Of a stretch of 32,266 nucleotides of DNA, positions 19,571 through 28,398 are shown piece after piece. The position numbers were made by a program, and so were the translations under genes. Positions within the stretch are counted from its first letter, which is position 1, and each line of letters begins with the position of its first letter. The stretch comes from an uncultured Thermoplasmatales archaeon. Lineage in GTDB: Archaea; Thermoplasmatota; E2; DHVEG-1. The notes under the pieces were generated by a model that ran no database searches, was not told the origin of the DNA, and was given only the letters and a program-made list of their open reading frames with translations. The stretch covers positions 1 through 32,266 of the forward strand of contig CAZFAZ010000079.1 in assembly GCA_964517155.1 (NCBI GenBank), in the 5' to 3' direction.

Positions 19571-20017
19571 ATGACAAAACCATTTGTAATAGGATTTTAT
19601 GGTTATTCGAATACTGGTAAAACAACAGTAATTTCTGATTTAATTAAAAAATTAACAAATGCAAAATATAAGGTTGCAACAATAAAATGCTCTGATAAAA
19701 AAATAAGTTTTGACAAAGAAGAAAAAGATACATATAAACACTCACAAGCAGGTGCAAACCCAGTTGTTTTATCATCTGTTTTGGAGACTGATTTTATTAT
19801 AAAGAAAAAACTTTCAATAAAAGATATATTAAGTTATTTAACAGCATTTGAAAAAATAGATGTAATATTTATTGAAAGTGTAAATGAGCCAGATATTCCT
19901 AAAGTTCGTATAGGTGATATTCAAAAAAGAGAAAATACAATACTGGACTATAAAGGAGATTTTGAAAAACTCTACAAATTTATTGAAGGAAAAATAAGGA
20001 ACGATGAATATGAATGA
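19571..20017 (+). CDS. mobB: Molybdopterin-guanine dinucleotide biosynthesis protein B
   Basis: P-loop GYSNTGKTT, VATIK and D...KDT..H..AGA motifs. Confidence 0.88.
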   Translation: MTKPFVIGFYGYSNTGKTTVISDLIKKLTNAKYKVATIKCSDKKISFDKEEKDTYKHSQAGANPVVLSSVLETDFIIKKKLSIKDILSYLTAFEKIDVIFIESVNEPDIPKVRIGDIQKRENTILDYKGDFEKLYKFIEGKIRNDEYE

Positions 20018-20159
20018 TATAACTATAAAAATAAATGGAGAGAAAATACCTTTGTCTGAGTTTCCTGCAGAATTTATAAAAAACACAATTGCCGGGATGC
20101 TTTCATCGCTTAAGGGTATTGATGAGATAAATACAGTTGAAATAAAATTTGAAAACTAG
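20004..20159 (+). CDS. 51-aa protein resembling the C-terminal domain seen on MobB proteins (not in ORF track)
   Basis: Manual translation MNMNDITIKINGEKIPLSEFPAEFIKNTIAGMLSSLKGIDEINTVEIKFEN*. AAGGA precedes the ATG, and the ORF overlaps the mobB stop. Confidence 0.75.
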   Translation: MNMNDITIKINGEKIPLSEFPAEFIKNTIAGMLSSLKGIDEINTVEIKFEN

Positions 20160-20875
20160 TAATTTAGTGAATAAATAATTCTATCTGTATCTTTTCCTTT
20201 TGTATCTCTTTTGATTTCTTTAATAGGTGGTATCTCACTCGTATTTTTCACATGAGTTCCAGCACATGGACAAATATCAAAATCTTTTATTTCAACGATT
20301 CTAAGCTTTGAAATAAACTTTGGCAGCAAGTCAAGATTAGATCTTTGAGAATCTACTCTTTTTTCAAGATTTGCTCGTTCTTCTTCATAGATTTTTACAG
20401 GCAAATTCTTAGCAACAATCTCGTTAAACTTTACAGTTATATCTTCTAAATCTTTTTCAGAAAATTTAGCTGGATGAAAATCAATTCTTGAGTAATCTGC
20501 ATGTATTTGGTTTCCAACTGTCCTTGCATTATAATTATCAAATACAATACCTGAAAGTATGTGCTGTGCGGTATGCATCTTCATATATTTATAACGTGTA
20601 TCCCATTTAATTGCTGCATGAATTTGTGTTCCAACAAGAGGTTTTTCACCTTTAACTATATGTTTTATAGCATCGCCTTTTTTGATTACTTGGATTATTT
20701 CTGATTTTTTATCGCCCCATTTTATAAAACCTGTATCAGAAGGTTGACCGCCGCCAAGAGGATAAAACGCAGTCTTATCCAAAATAATATAATCATCCTT
20801 GTTTTTAACAACAGTTGCAAAAAACTCTTTTATGTAATTGCCGTCAATATTTTCCATATAAAGAATTTTTGTCAT
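20156..20875 (-). CDS. alaX: AlaX (AlaXp-M) alanyl-tRNA editing protein
   Basis: TAFYPLGGGQPSDTG, HTAQH and CPCAGTH zinc-binding motifs. Confidence 0.93.
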   Translation of the reverse strand: MTKILYMENIDGNYIKEFFATVVKNKDDYIILDKTAFYPLGGGQPSDTGFIKWGDKKSEIIQVIKKGDAIKHIVKGEKPLVGTQIHAAIKWDTRYKYMKMHTAQHILSGIVFDNYNARTVGNQIHADYSRIDFHPAKFSEKDLEDITVKFNEIVAKNLPVKIYEEERANLEKRVDSQRSNLDLLPKFISKLRIVEIKDFDICPCAGTHVKNTSEIPPIKEIKRDTKGKDTDRIIYSLNY

Positions 20876-20888
20876 ATTTCTTGTGTAA

Positions 20889-21824
20889 TTATTTTTTAGT
20901 TATTGAGTTTTTTCGTTTCATGTTTACAAATGCAAGACCAACTATTACAAATATTCCACCTATAACAAAAAATATAGTGATGTCATCCTGAAATAATATG
21001 TAGCTTGCAATTGTGCTAAGAACAGGTATTGCATACAAATATACACTTATTTCTGAGGCTGTCTTCATTTCAAGGGCGATATACCAAATGGCATAAGCGA
21101 TGACTGTTGAAAAGATACCAAGAAAGATTACTGCAGACCACGTTATCATATTCATGCTTGATATTTCATTTATCAATGAGGAGTGATTAAAGATAGACAA
21201 AGGTATGAGAATAACACTTGAGAAAAGTATTGCATATGCGGTAAGCGAAAGGCCATTGTATCTATCAAGTAGTTTTTTTCCTGCAATTGTATAAAATGCA
21301 CCAACAATTGCTGCAATCAATACCGCAAATGCAGCAAATGCTCTTTGTATTTCTAACGCTTCTTCTGGTTTGCCCCATAGGGATATAACTATTACTCCAA
21401 AAAGTGCAAGAATTATTCCTAGAAATTTTAAAATTGTTATTTTTTCTTTTAAAAAAACTGCGGCAAGAACCAATATAAAAACTGGTATAGTTGCAATAAT
21501 AAGGCTTGCTGCGCCTGCAGATAGATATTGTTCGCCATAGTTTAGTCCAAAATGATATATCATCACTCCAAAAAATCCTAGTAAAAATATTGATGGTATA
21601 TCTTTTTTATGTATTTTTGAAAACCATTTTCTCTTTAAAATAATCATCAGTAAAAAAGTAGTACATACTACTAAAAATCTCATTATTGTCAGATTTATAA
21701 ATGAGAGATTTTCAAGAGCTATTATTATGAATGGAAATGCAAGTGCCCAAGATGTTATTGCTAGCATCATCATTAGAAAAAATTGTAGGTTTGATAGTTT
21801 TGGTGTCTTTTTTTCTTTTTGCAT
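20889..21824 (-). CDS. EamA/DMT family transporter
   Basis: About 10 TM helices in a duplicated EamA layout (MRF, FLKE, P motifs). Confidence 0.9.
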   Translation of the reverse strand: MQKEKKTPKLSNLQFFLMMMLAITSWALAFPFIIIALENLSFINLTIMRFLVVCTTFLLMIILKRKWFSKIHKKDIPSIFLLGFFGVMIYHFGLNYGEQYLSAGAASLIIATIPVFILVLAAVFLKEKITILKFLGIILALFGVIVISLWGKPEEALEIQRAFAAFAVLIAAIVGAFYTIAGKKLLDRYNGLSLTAYAILFSSVILIPLSIFNHSSLINEISSMNMITWSAVIFLGIFSTVIAYAIWYIALEMKTASEISVYLYAIPVLSTIASYILFQDDITIFFVIGGIFVIVGLAFVNMKRKNSITKK

Positions 21825-21900
21825 TATAATTCTGGGTGATAATTATTTGTGTATAAAAACAGTTGGAAATATTTTTTAATTAGTAGAAATTGTAAATACT

Positions 21901-21963
21901 TTAATAAGAATTCCATTTTTGTATGAATTCTCTTATTCGCTGTATTCTATGGTCGTCGTTCAT
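21901..21963 (-). CDS. Candidate 20-aa micropeptide MNDDHRIQRIREFIQKWNSY
   Basis: GTGAGGAG SD 9 nt upstream of the ATG in an otherwise AT-rich intergenic region. Confidence 0.4.
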   Translation of the reverse strand: MNDDHRIQRIREFIQKWNSY

Positions 21964-22106
21964 ATTCTAAATCTCCTCACGATATACTTTGTAATTAATA
22001 ATATTTATACTTTTCGTTGATTGTGGATTTTTACGATTTAAAAAATAAAAAAGAAAGAGGTGGAATTCTTAAATACTATATATATAATACACAGGTCGTA
22101 GGAGAT

Positions 22107-23228
22107 ATGAAAACCCTTATTTTAAATATCGATCGCGATGACGATTTTGGGAGGAAAGCGGGCATAAAAAGCCCTATTGTTGGCTATAAAAACAACGTCA
22201 CAGCGGCTAATAGATTAGGACAAGCAGATCCAGAAGATTCAGATTTAAACGCAATATTTTATGCAATAAAAACATACAATTCTTTAAAAAAAGAAGGAAA
22301 AAACGTAGAAATAGCAACAATATGCGGACATATAAAAGTGGGTTTTAAATCAGATGAAATAATATCACAACAACTAGAACAAGTAATTAAAGAGACTGGT
22401 GTAGAAGAAGTAGTTTTGATATCAGATGGAGCTGAAGACGAATACGTTTTACCAATAATAGAATCACGAATAAAAATAACATCAGTAAGCAGAGTATCAG
22501 TAAAACAAAGCAAAGAACTAGAAGATACCTACTATAGAGTAATGAAAATACTAGAAGATGAAAAAGTACAAAAACAATTTGTTTTACCACTAGCACTAGT
22601 CTTAATAGTCTGGTCTTTTTTTATAATGGTAGGACTTCCTTCGGCAGGATTTGGAGCAATAGTTTTAACACTTGGGATATTTCTGTTAATAAGAGTCTTT
22701 AGATGGGAAAAAAACATAGCATTAATATGGGAAGAAATAAAATCAGGTTTTCTAACAGGAAAACTTTCAATTTATACATATATAATAGGAATTGTGATAC
22801 TAATTGCCTTTGGAATATATGCATACACCAACACTGACTTTGAGACAAACACCTTATTTTTAGCCTTACTATCATTTATTTATCATATGGTTTGGGGTAT
22901 AGTAACAGCAGGTTTACTAGCAATATTTGGACGTGCAGTTGATACATATGTAATTGATAAATACGTTCCCTTAACCTATTATATGGCACCATTCTCTTTA
23001 TTGGCATTTGGTTTTATAACATATGCCAGTTTAGATGCACTGTATAAAGCTTTTTTACCAAATGAATTTACTTTTAAACCATTTCAAACATTTTCTTTTA
23101 TCTTTTTTACTATTGCAGGAATACTAATTTTGCTAATAGGTGCAATAATTCACCGCTACAAAAAAGAAACAAACCACATAACTGAAAAATATGAAAAAAC
23201 CAAAAATAAAATGGCTGAACAAAACTAA
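22107..23228 (+). CDS. DUF373 family archaeal membrane protein
   Basis: DRDDD.G.K, DPEDSD.N, SDGAEDE and VKQS..LE..YY motifs. GGAG SD before the ATG at 22107. Confidence 0.92.
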   Translation: MKTLILNIDRDDDFGRKAGIKSPIVGYKNNVTAANRLGQADPEDSDLNAIFYAIKTYNSLKKEGKNVEIATICGHIKVGFKSDEIISQQLEQVIKETGVEEVVLISDGAEDEYVLPIIESRIKITSVSRVSVKQSKELEDTYYRVMKILEDEKVQKQFVLPLALVLIVWSFFIMVGLPSAGFGAIVLTLGIFLLIRVFRWEKNIALIWEEIKSGFLTGKLSIYTYIIGIVILIAFGIYAYTNTDFETNTLFLALLSFIYHMVWGIVTAGLLAIFGRAVDTYVIDKYVPLTYYMAPFSLLAFGFITYASLDALYKAFLPNEFTFKPFQTFSFIFFTIAGILILLIGAIIHRYKKETNHITEKYEKTKNKMAEQN

Positions 23229-23245
23229 TTAATTAGGTTTTTACT

Positions 23246-23941
23246 ATGTTTTATAAAGAATGGAAACCATTTTATGAAAAAATAACAAGTCAATTAGATC
23301 TTAATTTTAAAGATGATAAAGAATCTGCAACAATACTTGATGAAAATATCAAAAACAAAAAACTTGTGTCAGTTAAAAGTTTAGAAACTTTAATAAAAAA
23401 TAAAAAAGTAATTGTTTTTGGTGCAGGACCATCACTTGAAAAAACAATTATAAACTACAAAGAATTTTTCAAAGATAAAACAATAATCTGTGCAGATGGT
23501 GCGACATCCGCTCTTTTGAAACATAATATCTTTCCAGATATCATTGTAACCGATTTTGATGGTAAAATAACAGATATACTTCATGCTAATAGCAAAGGCG
23601 CTATTGTACTTGTTCATGCTCATGGAGACAATATAAAAAAAATAAATAGTTATTCTAAAAAATTCAAATCAAATATATTAGGCACAACTCAAATAGATCC
23701 TGCAGATTTTAAAAATCTTTATAATTTTGGTGGATTTACAGATGGAGATAGAGCAGTTTTTCTTGCAGATCATTTCAATGCAAAAAAAATTTTTTTAGCA
23801 GGTTTTGATTTTAATGAAAGTATCGGAAAGTATTCGTTTGCAGATAAAAAAAATAAGGAAATGAAACTTAAAAAATTGAAATGGTGTAATCATCTTTTGG
23901 AATTTTTAATAAAAGAAAATAAAAACATCGAATTTCTTTAA
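23246..23941 (+). CDS. mptE: 6-hydroxymethyl-7,8-dihydropterin pyrophosphokinase (MptE/DUF115-like)
   Basis: GAGPSL, ADGA, VTD.DG, HAHGDN, GGFTDGDRA and GFDF motifs. Confidence 0.88.
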   Translation: MFYKEWKPFYEKITSQLDLNFKDDKESATILDENIKNKKLVSVKSLETLIKNKKVIVFGAGPSLEKTIINYKEFFKDKTIICADGATSALLKHNIFPDIIVTDFDGKITDILHANSKGAIVLVHAHGDNIKKINSYSKKFKSNILGTTQIDPADFKNLYNFGGFTDGDRAVFLADHFNAKKIFLAGFDFNESIGKYSFADKKNKEMKLKKLKWCNHLLEFLIKENKNIEFL

Positions 23942-23995
23942 GCTTGTTTTTCCAGGAACTTTAATAAACAATTATTTATTCCACTATTTTCAATC

Positions 23996-25363
23996 ATGAC
24001 ACTTATCCAAGGGCTGCTGATTTTTTTTACTATTATTTCTGCTTATTTTATAATAATTTATATTTTGAAGTTAAAAGGATTATTTGAAAAATTCAATTTA
24101 TCAATGTTTGGTCCTTTTTTGATGATACGTACAAAAAAAGGTCGTAATTTGTTAAAAAAAATTGCCAAGAGAGAAAGATTCTGGAAAGCATATGGTACAT
24201 GGGGAATCATAATTTGTGTTTCTTTAATGATAATATTTACATTATTTTTTGTCTATTCTAATTTTTCATTTATTTTGTTTTCAACACCTCAAGAGCGAGC
24301 AGCGCTTCCAGGGCCTGAAATAGCTCTTGTTTATCCTGGGATAAATCCTGCATTACCAATTGAAACTATTGGTTATTTTATTATAGCTTTTATTGTGGCG
24401 GTGGTAGTTCATGAATTTTCACATGGTATTTTAGCAATTGTTGGTAAAATGAAGGTTAAATCATTAGGTTTATTATTTATGATAGTGCCAGTTGGGGCTT
24501 TTTGTGAGCCGGATGAAGAGGAATTAAAAAAAGCAGATCCTGTAAAAAGAATGAGAGTTTTTGCAGCAGGCCCATTATCTAATTTTACCGTGGCTATGGT
24601 TATAATTATTACTTTAACTTGTGTTTTTATGCCGGCCGTATCGCATGTTCAAGGTGTTGATATTTTTTATTCTTTAGATAATTCTCCTGGTGAAGAAATA
24701 GGGTTATCTGCAGGCTGTGTTATAACAAGCATAAATGATACCAGCGTTTCTGATTTATATGTTTTTAGAGAAGTCATGGACGAAACATATCCTAATCAGA
24801 CAATAAATATTACATATTTTAGAAAAGGAGAGTATATAAAAAAAGAAGTTAAATTGACTTCGGTTTATCAATATGATACTTCAAATGAGACATATAAAAA
24901 TATAAGTTTTTTAGGTATTGGATTTAATCCATATATTCATTTTTTTGATTATGTAAAAAATCCATTTTTAAATGATTTTCCATTTAGTTTCTTGGGTTTG
25001 ACTCTATTGCCTTTATCAAGTTATATTCTGGGATATAATCCAATTGCAGAGCCTTATACTCATGCATACCAACTTGAAGGACCACTAAGCGCTATTTCTC
25101 CAGATATTTTTTGGATAATTTTTACCATATTATTTTGGATTTTTTGGTTGAATTTTTTACTTGGATTATTTAACATTCTACCAATGATTCCTCTTGATGG
25201 AGGATATCTCTTTAAAGATGCATTTTCATTATTTTTGAAAAAGATATCTAAAAATATAACTGATGAAAAAACAGAAAAAATATCAAAAAATGTTGCCTTT
25301 GTTGTATCTTTAATTATTTTATTTGCAATAGTGTCACAATTTTTCTTAAAATATATTCCATGA
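23996..25363 (+). CDS. Site-2 protease (M50) with PDZ domain
   Basis: HEFSH, GAFCEPD, AAGP..N and NILPMIPLDG motifs. Confidence 0.93.
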   Translation: MTLIQGLLIFFTIISAYFIIIYILKLKGLFEKFNLSMFGPFLMIRTKKGRNLLKKIAKRERFWKAYGTWGIIICVSLMIIFTLFFVYSNFSFILFSTPQERAALPGPEIALVYPGINPALPIETIGYFIIAFIVAVVVHEFSHGILAIVGKMKVKSLGLLFMIVPVGAFCEPDEEELKKADPVKRMRVFAAGPLSNFTVAMVIIITLTCVFMPAVSHVQGVDIFYSLDNSPGEEIGLSAGCVITSINDTSVSDLYVFREVMDETYPNQTINITYFRKGEYIKKEVKLTSVYQYDTSNETYKNISFLGIGFNPYIHFFDYVKNPFLNDFPFSFLGLTLLPLSSYILGYNPIAEPYTHAYQLEGPLSAISPDIFWIIFTILFWIFWLNFLLGLFNILPMIPLDGGYLFKDAFSLFLKKISKNITDEKTEKISKNVAFVVSLIILFAIVSQFFLKYIP

Positions 25364-25375
25364 TTTGTTATTCTA

Positions 25376-25876
25376 TTAATTGTTAATATTTACTTTACAA
25401 GGTGAGGGTAGTTTCATACCTGCTTTGCGTAAAGATTCTTTTGCTTGAGGGACAAATTGATCATGCGTTTCAATAGTCATTACAATCTGGTCAGCTTGTA
25501 CTTCAGCTGCTGTTCCAACGTTTTTACCGTATGCTGCACGCATTCCTTGACTAACACGATCTGCACCAGCACCAGTTGCTTGTTTGTTTTCACGGAGAAC
25601 CACATGTGGATAAACTCTAACTTGTAGTCTAAAATTTGTAGTTCCAACTTTTTTTTCCATAGCGCGTGTGACAGTTATACGAGCTGCTTCAAGAGCATTA
25701 TGTCTTATATGACATCTCTCAATTGAATGAAGTGCGACTTTTTTTGGAAATTTATCGGTTTTATTTCCTACTACAAACTGTGTTATACGGGAAGCAGGAA
25801 CTCCGCCCAGGTACTCTTTACGTGTTGTAGGCATTCCTCTAACATATCTATACATTGATGAAGGTTTACGTGCCAT
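25376..25876 (-). CDS. rpl10e: 50S ribosomal protein L10e/uL16
   Basis: ALEAARI and YPH.VLRENKQATGAGADRVSQGMR..YGK motifs. Confidence 0.97.
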   Translation of the reverse strand: MARKPSSMYRYVRGMPTTRKEYLGGVPASRITQFVVGNKTDKFPKKVALHSIERCHIRHNALEAARITVTRAMEKKVGTTNFRLQVRVYPHVVLRENKQATGAGADRVSQGMRAAYGKNVGTAAEVQADQIVMTIETHDQFVPQAKESLRKAGMKLPSPCKVNINN

Positions 25877-25949
25877 TTTGCTACACCTATTTTTTTAGTT
25901 GATAAGAAAAGCGAAATAAGGTTAGTATTTATAAATGTAATGGAGTGTT

Positions 25950-25965
25950 CAGTACTTCCGAAAGT
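25950..25965 (+). repeat. Left terminal inverted repeat
   Basis: cagtacttccgaaagt; the CAGTAC start resembles ISH3-family ends. It lies 180 nt beyond the transposase stop. Confidence 0.75.
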
Positions 25966-26144
25966 GGGGACAAAATAAAGGATTTTGTATAAAAAACTAT
26001 CACAAGATCCGTTTTATAGGAGTAAAAATCTGATAGTTATGAGAAAAAACAGTATATTTCTCCTTAAAACTACTAAAAAAGTGGGATAGAAATATGTTTT
26101 AAACTAATTGAAAAGTATGAATAAAAAAACGGAGAACATGATTG

Positions 26145-27707
26145 CTATCCTCCTCCAGGATCTATGGTGTAAAGTACTGTTCCAAAGTATTTTGAAGTAA
26201 TCAAATGATCCTCTTTTACATATCCAAACAATGCAAGCCAAATTAAGATGTCAGCAAGTAACCAAAGGTTATACAATAAAACTGAAAATAGGAAATAGAA
26301 AATTCTAATCTGATAATTTTTAGAAGTAGTTTTAGGTAAGAAAGACTGTTTTTTGACTCTATAACTTGTCTCAATTCCCCAACGTTTACTATACAATAAA
26401 AATAGTCTTTTAGCAAGACTTATGTCATTTTCATCAAATATTTCATTAGTTGCAAATGCCCTTTTCTTTCCTTCTTCATCATTGATGATAACTACGTTAA
26501 AAACACAATTTTCCATCTCATAATCGTTTATAACTGCGGGTGACGGCATAATTTCTAAAAGTCTTTTAATCCTTGAATTTGCAGAACAAGGAATGAGGAA
26601 CTTAAGTCTGAAATTTTTGAAAACATTGATAGAATTTGAATCGAAAAACCCACGATCTGCATATATTCGATTTATCTTTATTCTTTGCTGAGTAAAACTA
26701 AATAGTTTCTTTAGGATCTGTTCTTTACTGTCAAATGGACCAACAGGCAAAGCAAGAAGCGTAAAACGTTTACCTGCCTCAACTATGTTGATTGTTGCAA
26801 ATTTATAACATTTACTGGTTCCTCGTTCTGGTTTTTTACCAACAACCATTGGAGTGCTTCTATCACCATAGTAGAACCATTCTGTATAGTCAATTGCAAC
26901 ATCATATTGTTTGTGAATATCTAATGTGTTTGACTGTTTTATCATAGTCCAAAGGATTTCAAAAAGAGTAAGATACATCTTTTGAATTTCCTTGAGATCA
27001 TTATGATTTTTGATATGATACAAAAGTGTATCTGCATCGGGAGTTTTATTGTCCTTTAGTTCTTTTAGTGTTTTACTACCATTCTCTGCAAAATCACGTG
27101 TCATCCCCATATGTAACATGAGATCAATGAACTGATTTTTCTGATAAACTGTATTATGTCGTAATTTAAAATCAATAAATGGGGAAAATCTTTTCTTAAT
27201 AAGTTGACAGACTTCTCTTGTATTTTTCTTTCTCTGTAGGTCTTGATTTCTTTTCTTCGTAAGTTTCTTAGGTCTTTTAGGTTCCAACGTTTGAATATCA
27301 AATAATATTCCAAATTTTTCAGATACTTCCTCTATCTTTGTAAGTATGAAATCCAATAGTTCTCTTTTTTCATTGTCTAATATGTGATGTAAAAAATAAC
27401 CTGTTGTTCGTCTATCAGGTATTTCTGTTAAACCAAGTAACAATGTTTCTTCTGGATGTAATTTTAGATATTGGTGTAATTGTTTTTGATATTTGATTTT
27501 CTTTAATTTTTGAAAAATCAATAGTCTAAAAAGTGAGTAGTAATCAAATTTAATTTTTCTATAATCCTGATTAGAAATATCTGTAATTTTTAATTTATTT
27601 AGGAATTCTGCTATGCAGATATTCTTTTCTTTTTTGAATTGTTCGAATGTGTTATATATCTCCAATTCTATTTTTTCTTTGGAGATATTTTGTTTGCTTC
27701 GCGGCAT
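26145..27707 (-). CDS. ISH3/IS4-type DDE transposase with N-terminal extension
   Basis: IDYTE.FYYG (D1), ADRGF (D2) and YSKRWGIETSYRVKK (YREK signature, E); FATI.IV..GKRFTL is typical of the ISH3 group. Confidence 0.92.
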   Translation of the reverse strand: MPRSKQNISKEKIELEIYNTFEQFKKEKNICIAEFLNKLKITDISNQDYRKIKFDYYSLFRLLIFQKLKKIKYQKQLHQYLKLHPEETLLLGLTEIPDRRTTGYFLHHILDNEKRELLDFILTKIEEVSEKFGILFDIQTLEPKRPKKLTKKRNQDLQRKKNTREVCQLIKKRFSPFIDFKLRHNTVYQKNQFIDLMLHMGMTRDFAENGSKTLKELKDNKTPDADTLLYHIKNHNDLKEIQKMYLTLFEILWTMIKQSNTLDIHKQYDVAIDYTEWFYYGDRSTPMVVGKKPERGTSKCYKFATINIVEAGKRFTLLALPVGPFDSKEQILKKLFSFTQQRIKINRIYADRGFFDSNSINVFKNFRLKFLIPCSANSRIKRLLEIMPSPAVINDYEMENCVFNVVIINDEEGKKRAFATNEIFDENDISLAKRLFLLYSKRWGIETSYRVKKQSFLPKTTSKNYQIRIFYFLFSVLLYNLWLLADILIWLALFGYVKEDHLITSKYFGTVLYTIDPGGG

Positions 27708-27719
27708 TCATTTTTCTCC

Positions 27720-27751
27720 ATGCCTTAGGGAGTTGCACCTCCCTATGGCAT
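27720..27751 (-). promoter_or_regulatory. GC-rich stem-loop in the transposase 5' leader containing an SD-like GGGAGGTG
   Basis: atgcc-t-tagggag-ttgcac-ctcccta-t-ggcat: 12 complementary pairs with one mismatch, ending 12 nt before the transposase ATG. Confidence 0.7.
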
Positions 27752-27767
27752 CTTATTTAATCGTAAT

Positions 27768-27844
27768 TACACTTTTACACATAAGTGTATAAATTATATG
27801 TTAATAAGTGTTGTGGTTAAGTGTATAAGTGGAAAAGTTTAAAA
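27768..27844. promoter_or_regulatory. Divergent promoter with (T/A)AAGTGTA-like octamer repeats (putative RHH operator)
   Basis: TAAGTGTA at 27782 and 27818, TAAGTGTT at 27805, TAAGTGGA at 27826; inverted copies at 27768 and 27776. TATA-like boxes at 27788-27793 (minus) and 27838-27844 (plus). Confidence 0.65.
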
Positions 27845-27874
27845 CCTTCATAAAATATTCAGTTTTTGATAACT

Positions 27875-28015
27875 ATGGGTAGAATAGATGTAATATTGCC
27901 TGATGATCTCGAAGAACAATTTCGAAAAAAAGTATTTGAAAAATTTGGAATGAAAAGAGGAAATATTACAGCAGCTATCCAAGAAGCAATTGAAAATTGG
28001 ATTGGGAAAAATTAA
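27875..28015 (+). CDS. 46-aa ribbon-helix-helix (CopG/Arc-like) DNA-binding protein (not in ORF track)
   Basis: Manual translation MGRIDVILPDDLEEQFRKKVFEKFGMKRGNITAAIQEAIENWIGKN*: alternating beta strand, LPDDL helix cap, G turn and second helix I.EAI..W. BRE/TATA about 30 nt upstream. Confidence 0.85.
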   Translation: MGRIDVILPDDLEEQFRKKVFEKFGMKRGNITAAIQEAIENWIGKN

Positions 28016-28323
28016 CTACTAAAATTTAATGCAATTGACAAAAGCATAGACCCAATAGCAACTATTACTGTTAATAGAAAATACATGGATGCTTTTTTAC
28101 TATCTTCCTTTATCTGTTTTGATATATCAGTGATTTCATTTTGCGCTTCTTTAGTTTTTTGTAAAGTTTTTGCAATATCCTCGGAAAGATATCCTCTAAA
28201 AACATTTTCTTCAAATTGTTTATAGTCCTTTTCTTTAAATCCTAAATCTATCCACTTTCTTCTTTTTATCATCATCTTTTGTTCTGCAGTTAGGTAAGGT
28301 ATAACTTTGTTTTCTTTTTTCAT
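28012..28323 (-). CDS. Hypothetical protein with coiled coil and C-terminal TM anchor
   Basis: GGAGTGAG SD before the ATG at 28323; hydrophobic C-terminal helix. Confidence 0.7.
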   Translation of the reverse strand: MKKENKVIPYLTAEQKMMIKRRKWIDLGFKEKDYKQFEENVFRGYLSEDIAKTLQKTKEAQNEITDISKQIKEDSKKASMYFLLTVIVAIGSMLLSIALNFSS

Positions 28324-28398
28324 ATTTCTCACTCCAAATTAAATATCAAATAAAATCCATTAATACTTTAAAGCTTGGGAGCCTAATTTATATTTATA

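Noticed and set aside
27660..27725. Programmed -1 frameshift joining the 17-codon upstream ORF to the transposase
   Set aside because: No canonical X XXY YYZ heptamer in the right frame, and the transposase has its own GGAG and ATG.
26145..27760. Simple stand-alone IS of about 1.8 kb
   Set aside because: No inverted copy of the left TIR was found upstream of the transposase start; the only match seen is at 32074-32089.
27768..27841. CRISPR array or replication iterons
   Set aside because: Repeats are only 8 bp without spacers and no cas or rep gene is nearby; an operator explains them better.
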